From assembly GCA_964016885.1 (NCBI GenBank), contig OZ024741.1, positions 298,964,001-299,028,000 on the forward strand: 64,000 nucleotides of DNA. Direction: 5' to 3'. The number at the start of each line of letters is the position of its first letter. The first letter of the stretch is position 1. This DNA comes from Eledone cirrhosa. Taxonomy: Eukaryota. Position numbers and translations under genes: made by a program. Below the pieces are notes generated by a model that worked only from the letters and a program-made list of their open reading frames with translations, was not told the DNA's origin and did no database searches. Below, piece by piece: positions 38,655 through 51,909 of the stretch.

Positions 38655-39274
38655 CTGTTAATAAATAGTAACATTCATTTATTTGTGGCATATTCAGTGA
38701 TTCTGACACTGGTTTCAGTAACTTATGTTTATTTATAAATCATTTAAAATAATAAAGCTATGCTAATGACTATTTGTTCATAATAGTTCCAGTGTACTGT
38801 CACAATAAACATTTCTCGTATTCGCCCTGCACGTACTCTCTCTGCGTCAGTGTATTTTCCATAGGGCTAACAGATTTATATCACCCATCTTATATATGGC
38901 ATATGGCTGAGCATTTGCGAACAAGACACAAGTTAAGTGTTAACCAAACAAAGCTTCAATTTTTATTTAAACACAATGAGTTTTTATTCATACCGTGAAG
39001 AGAGGGCAATAGGTTTACATCTTCACTGAAAGTATAGAAACGTTTGAATCTTGTATAATGATATGAAATAACCCCCCCCCCCCCCACACACACACGGTTA
39101 TAGCACTTAATCTCTGTTTTTTCCATCTGTGTCCATGTGTCCGATTTTTCCGTACACAATTCTTATCACTATGAAGTTATTCTTATCGACGTCACTCTTC
39201 AACTTTCCGCTTGCAGATAACATAAATATCAAAGCAAGTATTGGTGTCAAATATAATTGAGTCATACGTTACTG

Positions 39275-39560
39275 TGCGCCTGGCTTAGTGATTAAGGTAT
39301 TCGACTCATGATCATAATGTCAACAGTTCAATATTCATCGGTATATTGTATCCATGAGCAAGACATTTTATTTTATACTGTCCCAGTTCATTCACGTGTC
39401 AAAATATGTTGCACCTATAATTCAAAGTATCAGCCCTGTCAGACTGGAAATACCGGAAAACTACCTTAAGAATACATGTATCTGTGGAATGCTCAGCCAC
39501 TAACACATTAATTTCATGAGCAGGCTGTTCCGGTGATTGAATAAAGTGGAACCGACAGAG
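39275..39560 (+). mobile_element. SINE family B (CORE-like)
   Basis: tggcttagtgattaaggtattcgactcatgatc head; tccatgagcaagacatttt; gtggaatgctcagccac. Confidence 0.6.
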
Positions 39561-41173
39561 AACCAGCATATTACATGAGTCCACAGACAATAAAAGGTGT
39601 CGATCATTAACGAACATTTCATAATTTAAACCAGTCACTGATGTGTCAGAGGGGTTACTAATATATGCAGTTCAATTACATTTATATCGTATTTAGTTCG
39701 AAAATGGTTTACAATGATGTCAATAATTCTCTTACAGATAGAGGATACCTGGGTATAATATCTTATGAAATGGTGCATATTATATAAAGTTAGAGCCAGA
39801 GTTTAATAGCTGATATCATATTACTGAATTTCAGTGCTCTGCTTATCGCAATTCAATATGAAAATATGCTATTTATCATCGATATAAGTTATATCAACCC
39901 GAAAGGGTGAAATGTTGACACAAATGAAAATGTCTAATAAATCAACAATTGTTTGGTAATACTAGATCATATCTTGAAATACATCTTAGCAGATTTATTT
40001 CTCATACATTAACATTTCCTTTCCATTCGTTTTGTTGTCACATTAGAATCACCCTTTTTCGCCCTTTCTTACAACTTTTCTTTCTTTATATTACTCTCGC
40101 CAACGCTCTCTTATTCCTCTAATATATTTTAATTGACTTAACCAATAACAACTTTGAAGAGAAAATTATGTAAGAGAAAACAGAAAAAATACAAAAAATA
40201 GCTGATGGAAATGACAATGATGGAAATTACAAAACAATAAGGAACAAATATAAAAAAAGGGATTTGTGAATATCTTACAGAAAATTTAAGAATATCAAAT
40301 GAAATAAATCATCGCAAGGAAATTAGTGTTTATAAGGATTTAGTTGAATAAAGAACTTAGAACGTTTCATTTTGTTTATGTTTTTAATTGGTCATATTTG
40401 AAAGACGCCATTTTAACAACATTGATTTTTCCCCTTAGCGTTGCTACGTGGTTTGAAGATTGGCAATTAATTTGGAAGCAGTCAAAAACAGATGACGATA
40501 AAGTTTTGCATAATTTCAGACGCTTAACTGATTTCTCTGCTGTCTTTTTCAAGACCCCCCCCCCCCCCCCACTTGCCACAAAAAAAAAAACCATTGTTTA
40601 CATTAATATTAGATTCTTTTTCATTGAAGTTAGAATTCATACAACCTGTAGAGGAATGTCGAAACCGCAAGGAAGAAATAAAATAAAAAACAAACAAAAA
40701 TAAGCAAATAAACATATAAACAAACATAGAGCACAAAAGGAAAGCCCGCTTCCTAATCAGTGTTCGAATGAATTGAATATAGATTGTCAAAATAATGATT
40801 TGTTTGACAATATATTGTGTGACATTTAAATGAATGAACTTTATAATAATTTTAATTAATAAACTTTACAATGTCGTGATCATTCATATTTATTGTTGTT
40901 GCTCTTGTTGTTTAACCCCATTAACTCTAGATCAATAGGCCTATTATCAAAGGAGTTCCAGTCATGAACAACACACATTTTTGTATATTGTACATTAGCT
41001 AGTGATTTCTTCCTTTTTAAGATGATAGGATGTTATTTGAAGGAATTTAGTTGTTATTACTGGTTGTAGTTTATCTCAGAGAACACTCAGATAAACTAAT
41101 GATTGTTCATATATGTGGAACCCAACGAAATTTGTTCAGCAAATTATAATCAAATATAACCTGTAGGTTAGAT

Positions 41174-42240
41174 TTCTTCTTCTTCTTCTTCTTCTTCTTC
41201 TTCTTTGATCATATATTCCTGGAAAGGTCATGGGTACAGAATCATCACACACGGTTGCCCGAGGCTTCTTTCAGAAGTAACAGTCTCCAATATATCTGGC
41301 TGTTCCCTCAAGCATGATAAACTGAATCCATGGATGTTATCCAACCATTTTACACGTGGCCAACCTCTGGTATTCTGCCGGTTGGCTTTGCTCACAAAAT
41401 CTGTCCAGCGATTCTTTCTTTAGACATTCTAACAACATGTCCGTAGTATCGGATCTATGATCTCTCGATTCGGAGAAGTAGTGGCACTCTCTGGAAAGAA
41501 ACCTTGATCCCCAAGCTACGCAACCTATCGAGTAACCTTACACTAAAATCTTTCCGAGAGACCCTATTTTGGCCGCTGGTATTCACGATCGTATTTTGTC
41601 GGTCATTACCCCAAAATAGGTAAGGATTGGCACTAACACTGAATTGAAAATAGCGAACCTGACTTTTACACAGACCTGCTTTTCACTGATGACCGAATAT
41701 TGAATCTGCCACATTATTGCATCAGCTGCAATTCTTGGATTTAATTAAGTCTGCTACTTTCCATCATTCATGAAAATGATTCCGAGTTATTCTCCCTCTG
41801 CTTATGTTGAACTCCATTCACATGTAAAGTGCACTGCACAGACCTCATTGAGAAGAAAGGTGTGTCTGCACGGATTTCGATTCCTACAGTGCAGCATTCA
41901 GTAGCTAACCTATACACTGCATGTCGGAGATCAGTTTTCGATGACTAAAGTGTTGTCTATAAATTCCAAACGCCTGCTCCTACATCCGCCGGTCTTGAAA
42001 CCACTTCATGCCCGGCAGAGCATGTCAATCCTGTTTATGAAAATTATTTACAGGAGAGGTGACATTACACAACATTGGCTTAGTCCAACACTTACATTGA
42101 ATCGTTTCGACTTAGCACCATTTATCCGAACACAAAAACTAAGGCATTCGTATAGAAATTTATAGAAAGGGAGTGATAATCCCAATTTTCAAAAAGCGAA
42201 ACAAGAGAGATTGTTCTAATTATAGAACAATCTCCTTGTT
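41174..42240 (-). mobile_element. Degenerate RTE LINE 3' part with (GAA)n tail
   Basis: (TTC)n at 41174-41204, then the reverse complement of RT C-terminal RTE sequence. Confidence 0.65.
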
Positions 42241-42775
42241 AAGCATTGCCGATAAAGTCTATGCGTATCTAATATTTGCGCCTCCATCGGGAGTCAAGTA
42301 TCCATAGATGGATTAAGTTTCTGTGTCTTATTTTGCATTTCATTTTGGAATTTTCCCCAGCATTGTGTAAAGAAACGAGTTGTTCAGAAGTAGATACAAT
42401 GAATCCACTAGCACAGTTCTCTACCTTAAACTACAGCTACACAGCCTAATATATATATATACCTAAATATGTAGACGTGTATATTTTATATAAATTGCAC
42501 AATCGTAAAGTTGTGAACTCAATTTTTGGCGGTATGGGGTGTCTTTGGGCCAAACATTTTATTTTTCCATAAGTTGCAAAAATGAGTGGTAACTGCAATT
42601 TATAGGCTCATCCTTTTCACGCTGGATCTCCCTGTGCACTAGTTTCTGGAATGCTCAGCCATTTGCATGTTAATATTACAAGCAGCTGGAGCTTTCCTCA
42701 TTTAGAGGTCCAACAACAAGAGCAACTTAAATTTGCACACACACACGCACACACACACATACACACACACACACA

Positions 42776-42857
<82 letters not shown>

Positions 42858-43221
42858 GCACACTTCTTAAATATAATTATAAACGAAGACATGCTCTTTG
42901 AACATAGCATATCAGAGGAAGTATGTAAAATATAGAAAAATTTAAAAGATAGATAAAACGAAAAAGAGAGAAAGTGTGTGTGAGAGAAGGTAGATAGAGA
43001 ATAAGCACATGAATGTGAGTGTAGTAATACATTATCAGATTTAATACATAATCACAATAACAGCATGGTAAGTAATATCAATAATGAAGGAGCATGATAT
43101 TTCCCTTATATATAAGAAGCCATTAGTGACATATTAGATTATCGTTACGCACCGTAGAAACTGAAACAGAAGGTAAAGTTTAGTCAACGGAAATATTTGT
43201 TGAGAAAGCGTTACTAGTATA

Positions 43222-43410
43222 ATAATTGTTTCTACTTTAGGCACAAGGCCAGCAATTACCCAGTACATTACTGGTACTTTATTTTATCTACCCCGTAAGG
43301 ATGAAAGGCAAAGTTAACCTCGGCGGGATTTGAACTCAGATCGTAAAGGGACGTAACTATGCTAGAAAGCATGGCGTCCAACCCTCTGCCGATACTGCCA
43401 ATTCACCGCC
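43222..43410 (-). mobile_element. Young SINE family A with TSD
   Basis: Full consensus match; gtataataat on both flanks. Confidence 0.9.
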
Positions 43411-46150
43411 CTGTATAATAATAAAATCTAACATCACAAGCCAAGCCCGAAGTATTTTAATTACAATGAATTATTTCTTTTCAAAAGTACTTAAAAATCT
43501 ATGAATCGGAGTATTCTCAATGGATGATACACTTAACGGAAATAGTAGATAGCAATCTAATATCAACCAGAAAGAATCTTTAATATGTTTTATAACATGC
43601 TAAGTGAACCAAGACGAAATAAAAAGTTAAAAGATGAAATTCACCAAAGAATGTTTCACCTGATAATTCAAGCAACAAAATGTGTAGCTCGGAAGAAGCG
43701 AAGTTTTCTGAAGAAAGTGCGTACTGAACTCTACTCCATTACTCTATTGTTCTCCTGATGGGAAATGCAACGACAAAAATGCGCTGTTTCTCTTTGCAAA
43801 GGAAATATAACTATATATTGTTTAAGAAAGGAAGTAATATTGCATAACTGGAGCAAACGGACTACAATAGACAAATGAAATCAGGTTATTTATTCTTTTT
43901 ATCATGCAGTATTTTCATCACTATTCATATTATGCACAAAGTGAATCTCACAGTACTGTCTCTTTTCAACTAATATTTTGGCCGCAAAGTAGCTAAATAG
44001 CAGTGTCGCTGGAACTTTGCCGTATTTGTTCCGGTTCTATGTACTCTGAACTGAAATGCTACCGATGTTAACTTTGCCTTTAAACCTTTAAATATCGATA
44101 AATAAAGTACTAGTGCATCATTGGTGTAGGTTATTTCTTCTGACCTAAAGAAGGATGGTCTCCGTCAAATTTAAATGCCAAATGCGGCGCCGCTACGATT
44201 ACGCGGGGAATAAGGACACATTGATGACGTGGGTGAATATTTTTGTCGAGCAAAAAGTAGGCGCCGGTGATAGTATACGAACTGCAATCTTTTTGATCGG
44301 TGACTTGGTGAGTTACGATTTAATGATAAAAAACATTAGTGCTCAACATATTTACTTTATATATTATTGCACAGTTTTTCATAGATGCACATTTTCTGTT
44401 GGTTAGATGTAAAAGAGCAATGCTTACGACCATTCTCGGTGAATTTTAAATTGATAGGTAGAGGGGCGGAAGGTATCCTTAAACCAGAGACACTTAAATG
44501 CGAAAGACACTTAATTGCACAAGAGGTGATATTAAACCGGGCAATGAGTTAAGTTTACCCTTCAGAATGAGGAAACGTACCTCCGACAGGATTCAAAGAA
44601 TTTCCGTGTTATATATTTGACTTTGCTCGAACCCAATCTATGGTTAAACACTATTGTCGAAGATACCTCGATCTGTTATCTAACACGAAATTACATAATT
44701 ACGAAGTAATGTTCTTAATCACATAGCTATGTCTCGCAAAATTTTAAAAACTTTATTCAGTGAACAATAATTTGGTTCTATTTTAACATAAAATAGATTT
44801 CAATTTCCTCATTGAATATGCATATTCCAGCCAACTTAATGTACAACCTAGCTTTCATTCTCAGATGCAGGCATATCACAAGTCGCCATTGCCCTTGATA
44901 AAGTCAAAAACATCACTTAATATAAGTTCATCTAATTTAGCGTCTTTGTGTTCACACAAAAAATACATTTTCTTATCTTATCGTCATAGCATTTTTTTAC
45001 TTCCTCTTAAGACACAAGATTACACGTTTTCGAAATCTTATCCCTTGCTTCATGGTGCATACTTGATACTGCCAAGAAGCTATCTCGCATGAACAATCCG
45101 TTTTCAAGCTAAAAAGAAAATAAAAAGACCCAAATGTTCTATTTTGTGATCACAACATAACAAATCACTGTATGAAAAGCTATACACATCTTGTCAGCCA
45201 AAAGTCAATCATCTCTGAACTGGTATATAAATATTGTATAATGTAAGTCAATAATGAATTTAGAATTCTATCTTAAATAAACATTACTAGACGAGAAGAA
45301 TCAGATGACTACACAATTTGATTCACAACTATACTAACGTCTCTATTAATGGGAAGAAGTCGATTGGAATAATGATTTATTTTCAAATTAATCAATTTAA
45401 CCATAAAGCGGTGCATCTGTTATATTGAAGCGGCCTAGTAGAAAGCTGTAGAGGCCACATTATCAAAATATTAAACATTTATTTGTGTGAAGTTATTTAA
45501 TAAACCGTAATACATTTTTTATGTTTATCCTGCACGTGTTAATTAAGACATCATTGTGTTGTTTAGGCAAAGTTCTGTTTCTAATACTGTCAGCCCCTTA
45601 ATAGTTACATACGTCGTAAGATTCGGAATTATACAATAAAATACTTATTGATCAGTGCTCATTAAATTAAACATCAACAACAGAAAGTGCTTAATGGAAA
45701 AAAAATTAACCACAGATTCATTGAGGAAGAATTTGTACCGGTCCAAAATTTGACGTCTCATTGTCATTGACCGCACTACGCTGCGGCAACCGTTAAGATA
45801 TTCGATTTTCAATGGGTCGATATGTTTTATTAGTAGAATTGTTGCTATAGATGAACACAATTCAATGTTTTACTAATGAAGGTTTCATTAGTTTGAATTA
45901 TTGACCAATAAATAACCCCAAAGGAATGATGCCCCATACGTACAGCAGAAAGGTTTTCAAATTCCAGCATATATTGGTCACGGCAAGAAAATATAAGTGA
46001 ACAGGTGCTAACAGTCCTTGAACTTGTTAGCATTAGTAGTAGACACAAGAAAGATGCAAGACTCCCAAATCATCATCAGTAGCAAGCATTGAGTGGGTAG
46101 AAGGACAAGATAGTGTATTGCATGTTATAGTTATAAGGTTATATACTTAC

Positions 46151-46294
46151 TCTCTTTGCCTTTTCATATTCATGTTCGACGTCTGTACCGAAGAAATATC
46201 TATGATCTGCTGTAACATTGGGAAAGTAGAAGGAATCTTTGCAAACACATCTGTAGGATCCTCTTCGAAACCCCAGTCCACTGATGGGATCACA
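46151..46294 (-). CDS. Exon A of GPR158/GPR179-like (CG31760-like) class C GPCR; EGF-like/Cys-rich extracellular segment
   Basis: Acceptor ttttgtctag and donor gtaagt; 144 nt, phase 0-0; translates CDPISGLGFRRGSYRCVCKDSFYFPNVTADHRYFFGTDVEHEYEKAKR, matching the GLGFRRGSYxCxC motif of this family. Confidence 0.9.
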
Positions 46295-47189
46295 CTAGAC
46301 AAAAATAGAAACAATACTATAAATTATACATATATATCACTCGGTTAATAATTAATAATTATTATATATGTTGAATGTGTTCTAAAAGGTTTCAAATATT
46401 TTCCAATTTTGTCATTTTACAACGGACTTTCTATTTTACCAGATTAAAGAAGCGAGTACCGAAAGCAGTTTACGGCAGTTTAGTCAATGGTTGACAAAAC
46501 AAAATAGATCGTCTATTTTATTAAACTCATGTTAGAAATTGTAGGTAAATGTCCACAAAATCATATCGTTTTAAAAACAAGCTGAACACACCGGATAATA
46601 TAGTTCTTGATATAATGTCGAAAAAGGGACAAAATGGGTATGACCAGAGCGCCTTTGATCACAAGTGTATCCGATAAGCGACGAGCTTGGGCTTAACAAT
46701 ATTAGTGAGAATAGGAAAAAACTGATAAGACCAATGGCATAAATGCCGCAGAATTTTCTTTATAAACATACTTCTTCAATTATCACACTTCTACTTAAGT
46801 AAGAATTCCCTTCACCCCCCCCCCCCAACAAAAAAGCAAAAAATCAAACAAACAAATGAAACAGCAAAAAAGCAAAAGAAAAATACACAAAGCAAACAAA
46901 AACAACATATAAGACAGAACAAAAAAAAAAGTAGAAATGCTATTTTCTTATATCAGAACATAATGTAAAATTTATTTAGCGGGGAAAAGACGAACTTGTC
47001 AGTCTCATTATCTTCTAATGGAAATTACTGTAGTTATTGACGTGTGAAACAACTCCAACTGTGAATATAAATCTGGTGGTGGATTCGTGTCATCGTCAAC
47101 TTGTCACACTGTATGGAGTCTAGTGCTGAAATAAAAAAAATACCCCACACCCTCACACTCAAAACATACACATACACACGCATGTTATC

Positions 47190-47980
47190 TCTTTCTCTTA
47201 ATTTCGAGTATATTTTTTTGACCGGCCACCTTCCTGGTGGCAAGGTTGTAAAAGAAAAGAAATTGTCATCCCTTGAATCGCAAGAATGTTTTGAAAATTT
47301 TGAAGGTGCCAGCTATCGCAGCCATTTGTAGACTATGAATTAGGGAGCTGCGCTTTTTGTCCGCAAATCCAAGTTCAGTCATACTTTGGTCCAAGCGGGT
47401 TGCTATATAACCCGTAGCTCCAATAATGATGGGTATGAAGCTAAAGGTGTATCTTGAATACTGGATTTGTAAACTCCTCATCAATGGTCCGTAGATGTCC
47501 TCCTTCTCCTGTATTTTTCTGACAACGTTTACATCAAGTGGGCAGCTGATCTCCACAACAGAACACGTTTTCAATGTGTGGTCCCAAACAACAATATCAG
47601 GCCGGTTGTGCTTTAATTTGGTGGCAGTTTTTATTTTCAGGTTCCACCAGTATTCCTTAGTGCCATCTGTCTCAATATATTGTTCCTCCTTTGTTGTTAA
47701 TTTTGTTTTCCGAAGTGCGTTCCAGATGGTTCTAGCTATCCCATCGTGTCTCATGGGGAGGTAGTAGCGAGATGACATTCTTTCGCAGCTGGCAACAATG
47801 TGGCTTACATCCTCGATCTTTGTTTTACATAGCCTACATTTATTGTCAGCTGCTGGCCCTCCCCTTTTGTAGCAGATATTTGGTAGGGAGTTCTTGTTCC
47901 TGTATTGCATAGAGATATCCCTCAAGGTGTGATGTCATAAACTAGTCGGAACTCCATGGCAGGCTTTTTGAGTGGTTTAT
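47190..47980 (-). mobile_element. R4/Dong-like non-LTR element 3' fragment (CCHC finger plus restriction-like endonuclease)
   Basis: ORF 47266-47925: CRLC...HIVASC, RHD, HNRPDIVV...VVEISCP, IPIIIGATG. Confidence 0.85.
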
Positions 47981-49971
47981 CCACTCTATGGTCTGTGTTT
48001 GTATGTATGTATGTATGTATGTATGTATGTATGTATGTATGTATGTATGTATGTATGTATATATGAAACAAGGCTTGGATCTGTATCAGGTTTTTGTCGA
48101 TCTGACAAAAGCTTTCGATACTGTTAACAGAGATGCATTATGGAAGGTTCTCCAGAAACTTGGTTGTCCTGATAAGTTCCTTGCTTTAGTTAGGTCTTTC
48201 CATGACGACATGAAGGCTTGGGTTAATGTCGGAGGTAACATGTTGGAGCCTATCTCAGTAAAAAATGGAGTGTAACAGGGGGATATTCCAGCACCGACCC
48301 TGTTTGCCATATACTTTGCAATGGTTTTCTGTATTGCATTCAGGAATTGCGAGCATGGTGTTTACATCCGATATCGAACCTCAGGCAGCATATTTAACAT
48401 CAGGCGCTTTGCTGCGAAGACAAAAGTATTTACATCAATCATAAGAGACCTCTTGTATGCAGATGATTGCGATCTTGTAGCGCACACAGAGAGTGATATG
48501 TAGCACATTTTGAATGCATTTTCTGACGCTTGCACTGCCCTAGGTCTGACTGTCAGTTTCAAGAAAACCGTCGTCATGTACCAACCTGCCCCTGGTAAGC
48601 AGTACACTGAACCAAACATCTATGTGTATGGCAAACGACTTGGAGTGGTTGATCAGTTTGTCTACCTGGGAAGCACTGTCAATCGATACAGCAACCTTGA
48701 CAGTGAAATCTCAATTAGGATTAGGAAAGCAAGTGATGCTTTCGGAATGCTAGAAAGGCGACTCTGGGGTCGGCGAGACATATGCAGGAGGACAAAGGTA
48801 AAGGTGCTCAGGGCATGTGTGCTCTCTTGTCTTCTTTATGCCTGCGAGACCTGGGTCACATATCGACACCACCTGAAGCAATTGGAGCGTTTCCATCGGA
48901 TGTGTCTCAGACGGATCCATGGCGTTTACTGGAGGGACCACATCAGTGATATCGAGATTTTGGAAAGCTCTATGTGTGACAGTATAGAAACTCTTGTGCT
49001 TAAACAACGACTCCGTTGGAGTGGTCACCTTGCCAGGATGAAGGATTCTAGAATACCAAAACAACTCTTTTATGGAGAGTTGGTTAAAGGAAAACGACCG
49101 CCACATAAACCAAAAAAGAGGTATAATGATTCCTTGAAGCCTCTCTGAAAGACGCTAACATCTCTGCTGATACATGGGAAAATATTGCTGCTGATCGTAA
49201 TAAATCGAGAAAGACTGTATATGAGGGAAAAGTTGCCTTTGAGGCATCTCGAATAGCATACGAGAAAGTAAAGCGGGATGTGAGGAAGGGCATTGCTGTT
49301 GCACTTCCAGACGGCGAAGGTCCTCCTATGGTGCTGACATGCAGCGTCTGTGCGAGACTGCCTAAACAAAGCTGGACTCGGAGGTCATCTTCGCAGTCAT
49401 AAAGTAAGACCAGTGGTTGACTACCAGGCTGCAGTTGGAGACGCTACTCATCATGCTTGCCAAACATGTGGTAGAGAATGTAAATCAGCAGGAGGGCTCA
49501 AGCGACATACAAAAGTACACGAACTCCAAAACAGCCGACTATTCCCAGTGAATGTTTTGGTTGCCGACTCTGTGCAAGACATTTTAGATCATTGGCTGGG
49601 CTAAAAAGCCACATTCGATCGCAGCGCTGTTAGTTGATATCGTGTGTGTGTGTGTGTATAGATATGCTTATGTGTGTGCGTGTATGTGTATATATATATG
49701 TATATGTATATCATTATTGTTGTTGTCGTTATTATTATTGTTGTTATTATTATTATTATTGACGAAAGTGGATGTACGTTTTTTGAAGCTCCGTGAGTAA
49801 GCAATTTTTTGAGGATTAATTGTGGAGAATTGTTTATTTTTTTGTACCGCTGAAGCATTATAAGACATTCATTTGTATCCTGTGAAGGAATAACTCATAA
49901 TATTTGGGCCTTTTGGCCCAAATATTTGAACTTTATTTTGGAAAAATAATAATTTTTTTCTCAAAAAAAAC

Positions 49972-51880
49972 ATGGCGGAGCCACGCCCCCTAGAGGCGGG
50001 TCTGCTGTCGTGCAACGGCGACTTGAGCGTTGAGAGGAGAGGTGAGGCGAGGAGCGCCACCAGCACGAGTGTGAGCAGCGACAGTTCCAACACCAACGGG
50101 CCGAGCGGCGCGGAAGGTGGTAACAGCGACAACACCAACACCAACAAGCCGAACAGCGCAGAAGGTGGTAATAGCGAGAGCACCAACAAAACGAACAGCA
50201 CAGAGAGTAATAGTAGCGACAGCAGCAGCACCAACAAGGCCAACAGCACAGAAGGTAACCACGACACAGGGGAGAACAACAACAGCAATAGCAGCAGCAA
50301 CACCAACAAGAACAACAACAGTGACAACACCAACAAGAACACTTTCGCTGCTGTGGCAGCGGCTAAAAAGAGACCATGCTACAGCATCGACTTAACCAAC
50401 AGAGAGGAAAAGTTGGCCCAGGCCTGGAAAATCATAAATCAAGAGCAGACCTGGGCAAACTTAACTGTCCCGGCAGAAGCCATTGAGGCAGTGGCAAAAA
50501 GAACGGTGCATTTCAGATGCATCTCAGTAGAGACAAAGAGGGCAGCGATAATCGCCCAAGCTGACATAGAAGCCGCACTGAAATACATCAGAGAGGACAC
50601 AGACTTCATAGAGAGGGGCAGGCAATACGGCGCCGTTTCGGTGCTGTTCAAGTCTGAAGCCCTCGCTATGAAGCATTCAATGACCCCTTGCAAAACCAGC
50701 AAGGTCATAATGTACCCCTCCCACATGGGAAAACGAATAGCACGTGTGCGCATTCCCAGGATTCCACCAGGACTTGATATGTGGTGGCTCCTGGGTTGCG
50801 TAATCGTGGAAGGAACGGATACAGTCCCGGTAGAGGCAACGAGAACTGCCAGGGACGACTGGTCCGGGGTTGATCTGGAGATACTGCTCCAAATCAGACC
50901 CGAAAACGTAAAAGCAATCACGGACCACATCCGCCTCCAAAACGGGAGAGTGTTGCATATAATGACTGAGGGCAAACGGCCGCATTGTTTCCTTTGTGGG
51001 GAAACGACACACTTGCGAGCCTTCTGCCCTCAACTGCCGAAAAGCGCAAGGGGTCGAAAGATTCCACTGCTGGCGACGCCGGGACAAGGACCACCAGCAA
51101 CACCGTCAACAATGGAACCACCAAAATTGCACACCCAGGGGGGAAACGAGGAAAGCTCTCCCATCCCCTCCCCCCAAAAATACACACACGAACAAGAACA
51201 TAAACACTCACTCAGACACAAACACGCTCACAGCCACAGACCCCTCATCCTCCAGCAGTGAAGATGAGGGAAAACCAAAGTCCCCCAAAATACAAAAAAC
51301 AAAACACAAAAAAAAAAGAAATCCACAAAGCACAAACACTCCCACAAAAAAAAATACACACACCACCCACACAAACATTTTCCCCACAGCATCACCAACA
51401 CAACCACCAAAATCCCCCAAACGCAAACAAGCTAAACAGACACAAGAACAAATAGACACACAAACATCAGAAACTACAGACACCCCACCCACAACAAACG
51501 CAGACACAATAGAAACAACACTAACAAAGCTATCACCACCACAATCACACGAACAAATAAAACCCGAGCAACAAAACATTAAAAACTTCGTGCTTGCCAG
51601 AAGGGCCAACAAGGAATTGATGGCCCATGTAGCACGAAGCACAAACATCGAAAAAGAGGGGGAAACATTTGAAGCGAGCACATTTCGCGTACCAGATAAT
51701 TTGCTTCTGATGCGAATGTCGCTCGCTTCATACAAAGAAATTCGAAAGAGCTTTCCTCGGGATGTGGGAACCCCGAACGTAAAACCCACTTCAAGACTAT
51801 TAAAGGGGTTCCCAAAAGAAACCCCACAAACCATGGAGGTCGAACCACCCGACCTTCACAAGACCCCGGAAGGTAAGTAA
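49972..51880 (+). CDS. LINE ORF1 (gag-like, CCHC zinc knuckle), frameshifted
   Basis: N/S-rich N-terminus, FAAVAA motif, CFLCGETTHLRAFC; continues in the second frame (50996-51880). Confidence 0.8.
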
Positions 51881-51909
51881 ACCTTTCCTCTCCCATTCAT
51901 CCTGCCAGC

